From: Candidatus Nomurabacteria bacterium
GTDB taxonomy: Bacteria; Patescibacteriota; Minisyncoccia; Phycocordibacterales; UBA918
Length of the DNA stretch: 53,681 bases
Assembly: GCA_020632155.1 (NCBI GenBank)
Contig: JACKGE010000003.1
Span: forward strand, 1-53,681
Direction of reading: 5' to 3'
The notes under the pieces were generated by a model, which was not told the origin of the DNA, made no database searches, and saw only the letters and a program-made list of their open reading frames with translations. Each line of letters opens with the position of its first letter. Position 1 is the first letter of the stretch. Below are positions 17,419 through 27,683 of this stretch, piece after piece. The position numbers and the translations under genes were made by a program.

Positions 17419-17637
17419 ATGGAGCAAATTGAATACTGGACCAGCCTGGTCGGAATGACGTGGCAAGGCATTGCTGCTGGTCTAACGGTCATGATTGGAC
17501 TTGTCATGGTCGGAATCGTCCTGCTTGGGATTCACACAATTCCCCTGCGTAAGACCCCAAGGTATGGAACCGACTCCCGCCAGCAGGCACGCCTGCGCGA
17601 GGCCGGAAAAACCAATCGTCCGAAGCTTCCCCGGTGA
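17419..17637 (+). CDS. Small single-TM hypothetical protein, 72 aa
   Basis: SD gagga, hydrophobic N-terminal half, basic tail; own promoter and terminator. Confidence 0.65.
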   Translation: MEQIEYWTSLVGMTWQGIAAGLTVMIGLVMVGIVLLGIHTIPLRKTPRYGTDSRQQARLREAGKTNRPKLPR

Positions 17638-17661
17638 AGCTCTGGCCGCTTAAACGAATCG

Positions 17662-17694
17662 GAAAAGGCCGACGTTTGGGCGGCCTTTTCTTTT
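17662..17694 (+). terminator. Intrinsic terminator
   Basis: gaaaaggccg...cggccttttc followed by tttt. Confidence 0.75.
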
Positions 17695-17752
17695 CAACCT
17701 CTGACTATACCTGTTAACAGGTAGGTTTAGGGTTATTTGCTAGTGACTTTGG

Positions 17753-18832
17753 TTACATCCGAGCGACGTCGTTGACTGAAATCGCAATCATGAGGAGGAT
17801 AAGAAACGCAAAACCAATGGTATTAACACGTGCCATCCATACTGGGTTAATTGGTCGACGCAGCACTGTCTCGGCTGCTACAAAAAGGAGTCGGCCACCA
17901 TCAAGCGCCGGAAACGGCAAGAGGTTAATAACTGCAAGGTTAAGGGAGATGATAGCAGTAAAGGTCATAAGTGACGTTAGGCCAAAAGCGGCAGCATCCC
18001 CTACCAAACCAACAATACCAATTGGCCCTGCTACCTGTGAGAGGTCAGCGCTCAGCGTAAGTGAGCTGGCGATAAGATTGGTGACACCAACCGTTATCGC
18101 CACCAGAGTTGTATAGGTTGAAATGTTCGCCTCCTTCACCGCAGCTAAAAACGAGTACTGTTTGGTGGCCACTAGCGCAAGCGCTAACCCTACCGCCGGT
18201 CGCTCTGGAGCAGACTCAAGTACACCAGCCTCCGGGGTAAGTTCGACTATCTGCTCGCCATCGCTACCAAGACGCACTGTCAGCGTTTTTTCAACACTCT
18301 CTTCTACTAAAGCAGTGAATGTTGATGGTGTCGGATTGACCAGTGTTTCTTCACCATTGCTTACACTGTAAATAACACTGCCTGCTGTCAGACCGGCGTT
18401 TTTTGCCGGACTATCATTTAATACTTCACTGATGACTAACGCAGCGCCCTCTCCTGCTTCTGCCTCGTCAACGGTGCTCGGAACACCAATCAAAAATACT
18501 AGAACAAACAAAAACCACGCAAAGATGATATTCATGCTCACACCCGCTATAAGCACTGCTGCTTGTGCCCATTTACTTTTAGCAGTAAATGAACGTGGAT
18601 TCACTTCACTCTCTTCGCTACCGTCTTCACCTAGAATACGTACAAAACCACCAATCGGTAGGAGGTTAAATGTGTATTCTGTCTCCCCTTTCTTGATTCC
18701 CCACAGCTTGGGCGGGAATCCGATACCAAACTCATCAACCTGCATACCAGTCTTTTTGGCCACTATAAAATGACCCCATTCATGGACCAAGATGAGTAGA
18801 AAGAGTACGAGCAGAAAGAGCAATACAGCCAT
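17753..18832 (-). CDS. rseP: Site-2 (RIP) zinc metalloprotease with PDZ domain
   Basis: HEWGH, FGIGFPP, LLPIGGFV, NLLPFPALDGG. Confidence 0.93.
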   Translation of the reverse strand: MAVLLFLLVLFLLILVHEWGHFIVAKKTGMQVDEFGIGFPPKLWGIKKGETEYTFNLLPIGGFVRILGEDGSEESEVNPRSFTAKSKWAQAAVLIAGVSMNIIFAWFLFVLVFLIGVPSTVDEAEAGEGAALVISEVLNDSPAKNAGLTAGSVIYSVSNGEETLVNPTPSTFTALVEESVEKTLTVRLGSDGEQIVELTPEAGVLESAPERPAVGLALALVATKQYSFLAAVKEANISTYTTLVAITVGVTNLIASSLTLSADLSQVAGPIGIVGLVGDAAAFGLTSLMTFTAIISLNLAVINLLPFPALDGGRLLFVAAETVLRRPINPVWMARVNTIGFAFLILLMIAISVNDVARM

Positions 18833-18837
18833 ACGGA

Positions 18838-19380
18838 TTATTTGCTAATTTCAGCGTCTTTATTGGTATATAGGGTGTCGAGTTCTTGGTTGGCCTCAGT
18901 CACTTTCTTTTGCGCCGACTCTTTTAGAGTAAAACGTTCGTCTTCGCTGATACGCCCAGCCTTCTCCTCCGCGTCAATGCGCTTCATTTCGTCATCACGA
19001 GCCGCTCTCACACGTACACGAGCGTCTTCCAATTTATTCTTAGCAAGTTTTTTGATCTGTTCGCGACGCTCACTGGTGAGTTCTGGAAAGATAACGCGAA
19101 GACCGGCTGAGTCGGTAGCCACTGACACACCAAGGTCGGCTTCCATGATAGCGCGCTCTATAGCGGCAATGCCACCGGCATCCCATGGACTAACACGCAG
19201 TGTGCGAGCATCTTCAATACCAATGGAACCAACTTGATTGAGTGGCATCAAGGTACCGTAACTTTCAACTTTAATTGCATCAAGTAGTGCTGGCGCGGCT
19301 TGTCCGGTTCTGATGCCAGCGTACTCACTACGGAGCCAGTCAGTTGCAGCTTGTATTTTTTTTACAAAGGTTTCATCCAT
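18838..19380 (-). CDS. frr: Ribosome recycling factor
   Basis: IRTGQAAPALLD, PWD, IFPELTSERR, VRAARDD. Confidence 0.95.
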   Translation of the reverse strand: MDETFVKKIQAATDWLRSEYAGIRTGQAAPALLDAIKVESYGTLMPLNQVGSIGIEDARTLRVSPWDAGGIAAIERAIMEADLGVSVATDSAGLRVIFPELTSERREQIKKLAKNKLEDARVRVRAARDDEMKRIDAEEKAGRISEDERFTLKESAQKKVTEANQELDTLYTNKDAEISK

Positions 19381-19438
19381 ATTAGGTTTTCATTCACAAT
19401 TCTTATGTGGCGGCATTGTAGCACGCTTCACCAGCTAA

Positions 19439-20050
19439 TTATACTTTTGTGTACTGTGGCGGGAGGCTGAGCGCTAGATCCTCAAGTAGCATCTTTCGGC
19501 TCGCGCCGCGAATATCGGCATAGCGGGCGCAGAGTGCCACCGCTGGATGCATAAGATCTTTACTCGCGCTGGCAATCACTTCAATGCCATGCAGTACTGA
19601 TCTCATCCAGAGTGTGTCTTTCTCCTTAGCTTTAGTGGCTATCGTTTGCATACGTTCTTGGTAAGACATCGCTAAAAATTCCAGCGCAACCGGTGACTTT
19701 GTTGATGTCCGCGTGTCAGGAACACTAAGTCGAGAGCGAACTGTTTCAATTAAGACTGTCTCATGTGGTACCACTAGATAAAAGCGACTAGTCACTGGAG
19801 GTTCTTCCAGTAACTTAAGAAGAGCATTTTGTGCCTCACTGGTGGCAGTTGAGAAAGCCACCACAAATATTTTTTGCTGGAGTTCGATCGGTCTTGTGGC
19901 TGCAGCCGCAATGAGCGTACGAGCATCATCGATACCAAAATTCTCGACCACAGTATGCTGCACATCAACTGACTGCGTTTGTATCGCTTCCGGTAAAGGC
20001 GCTGTCGAAATATCAGTTGCCAACAGCAACACGGCATGATGTTCATCCAT
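19439..20050 (-). CDS. DNA polymerase III delta-prime-like protein (degenerate, CPR type)
   Basis: FGIDDAR, AQNALLKLLEEPP, LIETVRSR. Confidence 0.8.
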   Translation of the reverse strand: MDEHHAVLLLATDISTAPLPEAIQTQSVDVQHTVVENFGIDDARTLIAAAATRPIELQQKIFVVAFSTATSEAQNALLKLLEEPPVTSRFYLVVPHETVLIETVRSRLSVPDTRTSTKSPVALEFLAMSYQERMQTIATKAKEKDTLWMRSVLHGIEVIASASKDLMHPAVALCARYADIRGASRKMLLEDLALSLPPQYTKV

Positions 20051-20057
20051 ACCTGTA

Positions 20058-21590
20058 TTATGCCTGTTTCTGTTCTTTTTGTCGCTTTAGAATATGGGCG
20101 ATAACACGAGTCAAATACTGCTCAAACGTTTCATTAAGCTCGTGAATAATACCTTGCTCGTAACGCCAACCATTCATGTAGTCGGTAATACTTTGTTTAA
20201 CCTCCGGTGAGGAACCTTCGAACCTTCCCGCGATGACTGCTGCCATTGGGAGTTGTGCCAAAATCTTGTAGAGCGGATGTTCTGTACCACTTGGCCCAGT
20301 GCCGAAAATACCACTACTCTTAAAGAGTTTCCATTCCGAAAGAAGTTGCTGCAAACCGGCCTCAACGTCAGCCTTGGTGACGTCCATATTTTTTGGATCC
20401 GCTTTACGACGCTCTTCGGCAATAACATCAGGGTCGAGAGTTTTTGCAGCAAGATCTGACCAGAACTGCTTATTGCCAGCTGGTGTCTGCGGCACGGGCT
20501 TATCAGCAACTGGTGCTGGTTTAGACACAGGCTGTGCTGGAGCTACTGACTCAGCATTTTCAGCGGCCACGTTCTGATTTGATGGTGCTACCACTTCCGT
20601 TGCTGGTTTTGAGACTGGGGGCACGTTCTCTGTAGTTCCTACAGCCGGCATGACTGATTGGGTTTGAGTAGCGATTGGTTCTTGTGTTGGCACGGGAGTA
20701 GAAACCGCTTTTGTCTCTACTGTGGTTGTCGTTGACGGTGCACCCTTTTGCGCCGTCTCTGGTACTGTGATGGGGTTACTAAGCAACTTCTCTACTTGTT
20801 GATAGGCTACCTCAAGTCGCGACATTGCAGTGTCAGCACCAGCACTGTCTCCAGAGACTCGTTTCATGGCTTCAAGCAGAGCATTCATGTATTCGCGACC
20901 AATCTCATTGTTCGTATCAATAAGATTAATTGGATTCCCAACGCGCTCATTGACACTCCGCTTAATAGTGCGGATACGCTCTAGGTGTTTTTCAAGTGAT
21001 GGAGCTGCTACGCTTGGGCTAGGATCAATATTGAGTTTGACTGGCGTACTAGCTGCTTCTGAAGCGGCGTCTGCGGTTAGCACGGCTGGCGCTGGCTGGT
21101 TCTTTTCTGTTTTAGATACTTCCTTTTCTGTAGCGACAGAGGCCGGTGTAGGAGCTGACGCGTCTGACTTTGGCGTTGGTATGGCCACTTTAGACGCCGC
21201 TGTAGACGGAGTAAATATCGGCGTCAACCGTGTGCGACCAAGAGTAGGCGGTTTAACTGCTACTGGTGCTTCTTCTAACTGCGGTTCCGGAGTAGGTGCT
21301 ACTGCATCCGCGCTTGTCGGTGCCACACCTAACGTAAGAGCAGCAAATTCACTAGCATACGGTTCTAAGGCTGCGGTTATATCCGCTTGTATCTGCTGCT
21401 GTTTAGCAGCATCGGTCTGCTGGGAATGATCGAGCACTGCGTCACGCAAGGCGGTCTTCAGCTCAGCTGGCATACTTGAACCACGGATAGCGACGAGTAA
21501 CCGCAAAAGGCCCTCTTTCGAGCTGAAAGCGTTAGTGTTATCCATAACCGAAGAACTGCCGCCTGTTTGTGCAGGTTCAAGAACGTTCAT
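20058..21590 (-). CDS. Hypothetical protein with Pro/Ala/Thr-rich linkers and compact helical domains
   Basis: 510-aa ORF with low-complexity linkers; C-terminal LLSEWKLFKSSGIFGTGP...YMNGWRYEQGI domain. Confidence 0.8.
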   Translation of the reverse strand: MNVLEPAQTGGSSSVMDNTNAFSSKEGLLRLLVAIRGSSMPAELKTALRDAVLDHSQQTDAAKQQQIQADITAALEPYASEFAALTLGVAPTSADAVAPTPEPQLEEAPVAVKPPTLGRTRLTPIFTPSTAASKVAIPTPKSDASAPTPASVATEKEVSKTEKNQPAPAVLTADAASEAASTPVKLNIDPSPSVAAPSLEKHLERIRTIKRSVNERVGNPINLIDTNNEIGREYMNALLEAMKRVSGDSAGADTAMSRLEVAYQQVEKLLSNPITVPETAQKGAPSTTTTVETKAVSTPVPTQEPIATQTQSVMPAVGTTENVPPVSKPATEVVAPSNQNVAAENAESVAPAQPVSKPAPVADKPVPQTPAGNKQFWSDLAAKTLDPDVIAEERRKADPKNMDVTKADVEAGLQQLLSEWKLFKSSGIFGTGPSGTEHPLYKILAQLPMAAVIAGRFEGSSPEVKQSITDYMNGWRYEQGIIHELNETFEQYLTRVIAHILKRQKEQKQA

Positions 21591-21659
21591 ACCTCTTTAC
21601 CATCATTCTAGCATCAATGAAATGATGTGCCCTAGCACTTTGGATGTGGATGCTGTGTA

Positions 21660-21995
21660 TTACTTTGCTTCATCAGCTGCAGCAAGACCGAGCACCGCCG
21701 CGGCTTCCTCTTTAAACGCAACCACCTCCTCTTGAAGTATCTGCCGGAAGAGCGGATAATGTTCATCAAGATGTTGGAGTGCTGCGAGTGGTTCAGGGTT
21801 AGTTTCCATATACTGCTCGAGAGCCTCCACTTGCTGTGGCGACAACTTTCCTGCCATGCGCAATAACGTAGCGTCCAGTAAGGTCATGCCCAAACTGGTA
21901 AAGAAGGCTTCACGTTCTTGTGGCTCCATATCATCAATGCCGTAGACCTTGGTCATATCGGTGTCTAGTAATTGCTGTATTTCTATTTGATCCAT
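21660..21995 (-). CDS. Small acidic helical protein, possibly DUF5663-like (CPR)
   Basis: 111 aa, GIDDMEPQEREAFF...LSPQQVEALEQY pattern (by eye). Confidence 0.55.
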   Translation of the reverse strand: MDQIEIQQLLDTDMTKVYGIDDMEPQEREAFFTSLGMTLLDATLLRMAGKLSPQQVEALEQYMETNPEPLAALQHLDEHYPLFRQILQEEVVAFKEEAAAVLGLAAADEAK

Positions 21996-22000
21996 AAGAA

Positions 22001-24307
22001 TTATATGCGTCCGGTTGCGTGTAAATGTTCAGCCCCTATCTTAACCTGCTGATCGAGTAGTTCAGCAATATTTGGCGGTAATTCAGGCATACCCACACTG
22101 CTTGGGACAGAAAAACCAGCTGCTTGTGCGATGCCTCGCACGTAATGATCAAGTACATGCATCGGTACCAGCTGATTCGCTTCGATATGATCGAGGTCAC
22201 CAATAAAACCAAACTTTTGTAGCAACTCAGGATTAGCCTCAATAGCTTCACGCGTGAGGTCGATGAGCTCTTGCAAATGCCACTGATCCCAACGCCCTAT
22301 CCAATCAAAGGATGTTATCGGGGGCATTCCTTCAACTTTATTCATTGCCATCTGCCAAAAGTTCCCACCCTCCGGCATTTTATGCCAACCAAAGAGCGTC
22401 TCAGGCGTCTCTAGATTACCGTGCATATCACGAAGCCCGCCAGCGTTTACGTCAGGCTGGGTGTCTGGCTCTATCTTCTCACTCTCACCCGCCAGTTCAG
22501 ATTCTGTAGTATCCGGCGACGAATCAACTTCAGGGACAGTTTGTTTTTGTAATGGGTCAGGATACTGATCAGGTGTCGCTTCAACCCCATTACCTAATGG
22601 CGCTGATTCCACCTCTGGTTGCGGCGTGACTGTAGCATGAACAGGTGGTTGCGGTGCAATAATCTCTCCTGGTGGGGCAGTAGCTTCAGGCGGGGTTGAT
22701 GGTGTGGATTCAATGGGACTCACTGCCTCGAGTGTATTTGAGTTAGAAATATCGCCGTAAGATACGTCAGGAACATTTGATTCTAGCTGTGGCGCAGTCG
22801 CACTATCAATAGGTTGCGATTCGCCGGATAAACCGGTACCGAGAGAAGCAGCGAATCCACTCAATTTTGATGTAGTGTCAACAAGACGCCGTGAGCCGTC
22901 TTGTAATTTAACTCCTTTATCTATCTGGGCCTCGAGCTTAACAAAGGTAGTTCCATCCTTATCAAATAGATTAGATCCCAATTGAGTGGTTAGCTTTTTT
23001 GTCTTCCGTTCCAGTGGCTTAGTGAATAAGTTATTACCAAGCACTTGCGTACCAAAACGGGTACCTAAACCAACAACAGCAGGCATGCCTTTAAGCAATA
23101 TAATTGAACCAATAATTGCTGGAGTGATATAGCGAAAAGCCCTATCAACCGCCTCTTCGTCCAATCTAGCGGCCTCTGCACCTTTACGAATACCTCCAAC
23201 TGCACTCCGTAGTCCGCGATTGATGAAACTGAGTGGGCTTTTCATAAATGCGTACTCGGCTTCTTCTTTGGCAATATCAACGCGGCGACGGTAAACACTT
23301 TCGGTCAGTTTGTAGGCAAGCATGGCCTGATAACGCTTTAGTACTTCATCCTCTGCAGATTCTTTGTATCGTGCTAGTTGCTTTGCTGCTTCAAAATAAA
23401 CACGCCTAGACTCAATGGTGCGTTGGTGTAAATCATGGAGTTCGTCATTTAAGCCCGTGTCGTTCCCAAACCATCGTTCTAATTTGTGTGCAAGCCCTGA
23501 CATACTGAAGACACCTTTTTCTTCCTTACTACGTAGGTATATACGGTACTTACTTTCAAATTCTTTTCCTAGAGTATCACTTACCTTTCGTGCTTCAGCC
23601 CACCTCGCTTTTGCTTCTTCATAGGTCAGTTGTTTTTCTAAATCTGCAGGAGCTACATACTCTTCTTTTTTTGACGATGAGGATTGTTTCGAAACTATTT
23701 TTTCTCTATTAGGTCCAAAACGCTCCATAAGCTCCGGTGATATATCAGCTCTGCCGGTTTGTGTAACAACGTACGGCTGTTCGTTTGGCTGTAGAGTAGT
23801 TACTGTTTCGGTTGTCAGCGCCTCATCTTCAGCTACCTCGTCTGCATCTGCGTCTTCTAAAGCAACACCATGTTCCTTGGCGTATGCAACAATTTCTTGG
23901 TAACGCTCTCGTAACCGTCCCAAAGATTGTTCGGCGTTCTCTCTGTCCTTAGATTCAGGAATCTTACCCTCGTCTAAACATGATTGTAGAGCTAGTCGGT
24001 CCTTACGAGCCTTTCCAACAAACAAAAGAAAAGTGCCAGTAAGCCGGTTTATTTCGTCATCCCACTCTGTCGTCTCGTCATTTGGAACAAGACGAGGTGC
24101 AATTGCTCGCGCATGAGTTTCTATCTCGTCTATCTCAGCCAACTTTTTAGCAGTGTCAGCTAGATGTTCTTCAAGAGTCTTTGCAGCCTCATGTTCGCGG
24201 ACATCAGGAATTTGTTCCTGATCTTCTTTAGAAGCTAAAGTTTCATCTTTGCTCGACTGATACTGAGGATGCTTTCTTAATTTATCAAAAGGATTTTCTT
24301 TATTCAT
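22001..24307 (-). CDS. Large hypothetical protein with coiled-coil N-terminus, hydrophobic mid-segment and acidic Pro-rich linker
   Basis: 768-aa ORF, overlapping the stop of the upstream ATPase gene. Confidence 0.75.
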   Translation of the reverse strand: MNKENPFDKLRKHPQYQSSKDETLASKEDQEQIPDVREHEAAKTLEEHLADTAKKLAEIDEIETHARAIAPRLVPNDETTEWDDEINRLTGTFLLFVGKARKDRLALQSCLDEGKIPESKDRENAEQSLGRLRERYQEIVAYAKEHGVALEDADADEVAEDEALTTETVTTLQPNEQPYVVTQTGRADISPELMERFGPNREKIVSKQSSSSKKEEYVAPADLEKQLTYEEAKARWAEARKVSDTLGKEFESKYRIYLRSKEEKGVFSMSGLAHKLERWFGNDTGLNDELHDLHQRTIESRRVYFEAAKQLARYKESAEDEVLKRYQAMLAYKLTESVYRRRVDIAKEEAEYAFMKSPLSFINRGLRSAVGGIRKGAEAARLDEEAVDRAFRYITPAIIGSIILLKGMPAVVGLGTRFGTQVLGNNLFTKPLERKTKKLTTQLGSNLFDKDGTTFVKLEAQIDKGVKLQDGSRRLVDTTSKLSGFAASLGTGLSGESQPIDSATAPQLESNVPDVSYGDISNSNTLEAVSPIESTPSTPPEATAPPGEIIAPQPPVHATVTPQPEVESAPLGNGVEATPDQYPDPLQKQTVPEVDSSPDTTESELAGESEKIEPDTQPDVNAGGLRDMHGNLETPETLFGWHKMPEGGNFWQMAMNKVEGMPPITSFDWIGRWDQWHLQELIDLTREAIEANPELLQKFGFIGDLDHIEANQLVPMHVLDHYVRGIAQAAGFSVPSSVGMPELPPNIAELLDQQVKIGAEHLHATGRI

Positions 24308-27045
24308 ACATCTGCTTTACGATACCGTGCGGCAATCTCCGCCTCTATCTCCTCACGCGCTCGACCGTAGCGCAGATAGCTTTGTTCTATTAAACCATGT
24401 ACGCGACCAGTATCCACCTCGCGTGGTGGCGGTGTAAGAACACTAAATGGTTTGGTTGGTACACCACCAGCCAATACCCGCATATAGGCATGATAGTTTG
24501 GAATATTCATAAGGTCGCTCGCCTCAAACACCGGCTCAAACTGTTTTTCAAGGAAGGTGGCGTCCTCGCTACCAACACGAAACGCTGCCAATGAACCAAC
24601 GTTACCAAAGACCGAATCGCGGATACCATCCTCAAGCTGTGCAATGTACTGGTGTGCTACCGTAAGGGCCAGTTTGTACTTTCGTGCTTCGGAGAGAATA
24701 GCGGAGATAGAATCCGTGGTGACATTTTGAAATTCATCAATATGAAGATAAAACGGCGCAAAACTTTTACTTGGATCATCAACGCGTGAAAGTGCCGCCA
24801 TAAGGAGTTTACCAACCACAATCATACCAATGAGATTGGCATTGATCTCCCCAAGGCGACCTTTGGAGAGATTCACCAAAAGTATCTTGCGCTCGTCCAT
24901 GACCTTACGGAAATTGAAGGCGGAGTGTTGCTGACCAATGATTGGCCGCATGTAGTCGTTGGCGGTAAAGACATCAAACTTTGAAACAATGTACGGCACA
25001 ATGTTTTCTAGCGACGCTTCCCCGCCAGCTTTAGTGGCAATTTCCTGCCAAAACTGCACCACCACCGGATTGATTGCCCGCTCTAGCTTATGACGGCGAT
25101 ACCGCGCATCGGACATGACCCGCGAAATATCCATGAGCGTATTGCCACTGTCGGGATCTTCCATCACAAGTAGTGTGGCGTTTCGAAAATACTGCTCAAA
25201 CATCGGCCCCATTGATTCGGGATTCGCACCATAGAGACGTTGGAATATTGAAAAGAGTTCGTTTACGACAAAAGTCTTTTGCTCTGGATGGGCTCGATCG
25301 TATTCAAGCATGTTAAGACCAATCACTCGGTCAGTACGTGATGGGTCAAAGTAAATGACATCTTGCTCGCGCTCTTTTGGCACCGCAGCCAACACATCTT
25401 CGATGTCGGTACCATGAGGATCGATCATACAGACGCCCGCACCAGACTCGATGTCTTGAATAATCATATTCTTCATGAAGACCGACTTACCCGTACCGGT
25501 CTGTCCGATGATGTAGAAATGTCGCTGACGATCTGCTTCACTGATGAAAATTTGTTTTTCACTACCACGGTGGTCATTAGTACCAAGTAAAGTCCCTTCA
25601 TTCGGGAAGGTGCCCGTTGCTGGTGCGGTGCGGCTGCGCAATTGCCTGAATTGCGGCGATGAACTCACACCGTTGCCGGTAAAGTGTGAAAGAAGGGACA
25701 CCTCCTCTAAAGACAGCGGTAGCAGCTGGGTCGGCCTAAACTCACGAAACGAAAACGCTTTGATGTCACTACGCAGTGCAGACCCTGACGGGTGCATAAA
25801 GGTAAAGCGATTGCCGCTAGTATTCTCAAACTGATTGAGCGCTGCCTCCACCTCAAAGAGTATTTGCTCTGCACGTACTTTATCTTTAGCAGAGACCGCG
25901 ATACGGATGTTGGTCTCAAGAATCGGGTGTGCCACTTTCTGTTGAAAGGCTTCGGTGGCATCGCTGTCTATGGTCTCACTGCCGTAGTGTGATTCATTCT
26001 TGGATTTGTCTTTATTAAAGAATAGCTCCTTGGTTGATTCAAACACTTCTCCCATGAGGCTACTACGGCGAATCGCCTCACTGGCCTTCATACCATCGCG
26101 TACGCGTTTTAATACTTCTTGATACGAATGCACATAGTTGTGTTTGCCGCTTCGCACCATAATCTGCAGTGCTGCTCCCCCACCCTCAAACTCGATCTTA
26201 GAAAAGGCATTTAAGATGATGTCGAGCGGATCAGCACTAAAACTCTCCGCACTGCGCAGTGGATAGATAGGGTGACGCTTCAATTTCACTACCGAGGTTA
26301 GTGACACACCGCCATCCACAAAAATATTGTAGTCGTGTTTTTGTTCGGTCAGATTGGCATTTGGGTAGAGCGAAAATAGTTGCTTCTCAAAGAGGTCAAT
26401 ATAGTTGTTGGGCACAGCAACATAAAAGATGATATCGTCACTCTTATCTGCCACGGCAATCTCAATAGCCATATGCTCTTTGCCGCTACCGCGTCCCACA
26501 CTCTGCATGCCAGCATAGAACTGTTCCATAAGTGCAGTAAGCTGCTCCACCGTGCGTTCGCGGTCCTCGTCAGCATGTTCGGGGAGCGCCACCTCAAAGA
26601 GCGTCATGTGGAGTATCTCCCATGGCGGCACTCCTTCCCTCAGGTCTTGCATCTGCTTCCCCGCCTTGATGGACTCGATCAGCTGGCGGTGGACATTGTC
26701 GGTCACGTAGGCATCATCAAGCTTCTCAAGTACCTTAAGGGCATTATAGATACCCTCTTCAAGCGCCAGCGTGATTATCTCTTCTGTTTTATCTGTAGCC
26801 ACTTCGATAGTAGTCGCAGCCGCTTGCACTTCAGCCTCGGACAAACGGCGTTCTTTGGCTAAGACCGTCTCTGGTGTGAACGATACATATTCTTTAAGCT
26901 CCTGCCGACCAATGGTCTCGATGTCGGCCTGATCCATTTCTGGATTACGGTCTAACAGTGCTCGCTCCTTAGCGGCTATTTGCTCACGCAAAAAAGCGAT
27001 TTCCTCTTCAGGCGAGGCAAACTGCCGTTCGGGCGCTTTTTCCAT
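24304..27045 (-). CDS. VirB4/TraG/TraD-like (FtsK-HerA superfamily) ATPase
   Basis: Walker A IIGQTGTGKS, IDPHG, Walker B LHIDEFQN, LSEARKYKL, AHQYIAQL. Confidence 0.9.
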   Translation of the reverse strand: MEKAPERQFASPEEEIAFLREQIAAKERALLDRNPEMDQADIETIGRQELKEYVSFTPETVLAKERRLSEAEVQAAATTIEVATDKTEEIITLALEEGIYNALKVLEKLDDAYVTDNVHRQLIESIKAGKQMQDLREGVPPWEILHMTLFEVALPEHADEDRERTVEQLTALMEQFYAGMQSVGRGSGKEHMAIEIAVADKSDDIIFYVAVPNNYIDLFEKQLFSLYPNANLTEQKHDYNIFVDGGVSLTSVVKLKRHPIYPLRSAESFSADPLDIILNAFSKIEFEGGGAALQIMVRSGKHNYVHSYQEVLKRVRDGMKASEAIRRSSLMGEVFESTKELFFNKDKSKNESHYGSETIDSDATEAFQQKVAHPILETNIRIAVSAKDKVRAEQILFEVEAALNQFENTSGNRFTFMHPSGSALRSDIKAFSFREFRPTQLLPLSLEEVSLLSHFTGNGVSSSPQFRQLRSRTAPATGTFPNEGTLLGTNDHRGSEKQIFISEADRQRHFYIIGQTGTGKSVFMKNMIIQDIESGAGVCMIDPHGTDIEDVLAAVPKEREQDVIYFDPSRTDRVIGLNMLEYDRAHPEQKTFVVNELFSIFQRLYGANPESMGPMFEQYFRNATLLVMEDPDSGNTLMDISRVMSDARYRRHKLERAINPVVVQFWQEIATKAGGEASLENIVPYIVSKFDVFTANDYMRPIIGQQHSAFNFRKVMDERKILLVNLSKGRLGEINANLIGMIVVGKLLMAALSRVDDPSKSFAPFYLHIDEFQNVTTDSISAILSEARKYKLALTVAHQYIAQLEDGIRDSVFGNVGSLAAFRVGSEDATFLEKQFEPVFEASDLMNIPNYHAYMRVLAGGVPTKPFSVLTPPPREVDTGRVHGLIEQSYLRYGRAREEIEAEIAARYRKADV

Positions 27046-27096
27046 CCCTTAATGATACCGCGATGGCCTACAGAAACCGCACTCTATATGCACAGA

Positions 27097-27127
27097 AACA
27101 GCCGGTACGCTCTGCGCGCCGGCTGTT
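27097..27127. terminator. Hairpin after the 27126-27308 gene (TCT-loop family)
   Basis: aacagccgg-tacgc-tct-gcgcg-ccggctgtt. Confidence 0.65.
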
Positions 27128-27308
27128 AGTCTCCTTCCCACTCTGGATCCTCGTCGAGCTCGTCATCTTCATCTCGAATACGTCGAGATGGTGAGCCAAA
27201 CGATAAGGGATCACTGGGTCGCCAGACCATATCGACAGTGGTCTTAGATGGAGTGTTTTTTGCCTCTTCCTTCTTCACATCCGTTGTCTTACAAGGTTTG
27301 TCCGCCAT
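27126..27308 (-). CDS. Small acidic hypothetical protein, 60 aa
   Basis: SD gggagg upstream, TGG-TATAGT further upstream, and a hairpin at the stop. Confidence 0.5.
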   Translation of the reverse strand: MADKPCKTTDVKKEEAKNTPSKTTVDMVWRPSDPLSFGSPSRRIRDEDDELDEDPEWEGD

Positions 27309-27553
27309 TTAAGTTAAGGCCTCCCTAGATAGAACATGCTGGCAGCTACTATACCAAGGAGTAACAATTTGGGAAGATGCAGTACAACATACAAAAATAG
27401 AGGGTGCACATTGATTAGATAATCCAAAGTTGGCTGCAGATACAAGGAAGACAAGAAAAATAGCTCGAGTCGTACTTTGTTGTACGGTGAGAGTTATTTT
27501 TTGCAGTCTGACAAAGTAGATGCAGTGAAATTTTCGTTACTCAGCACTTGGGT

Positions 27554-27683
27554 GCTAAGAGGTAATATTTTGCGGAAAGTACGAGGCGCGAAAGAAATTT
27601 TTGAGAGAGGTGTATGTCACGATACAGTGACCGAAAAAATTTCTTTCGTAACAAAGTAATTTTCCAAAATGTTACCTCTTAGC
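27554..27683. repeat. 130-bp imperfect inverted repeat incorporating the mreB2 3' end
   Basis: gctaagaggtaatattttg (27554-27572) versus caaaatgttacctcttagc (27665-27683); nested 14-bp arms cgaaagaaattttt/aaaaatttctttcg. Confidence 0.75.

Noticed and set aside
27477-27659. 60-aa plus-strand ORF
   Set aside because: It overlaps the 130-bp inverted repeat and has no supporting start signals.
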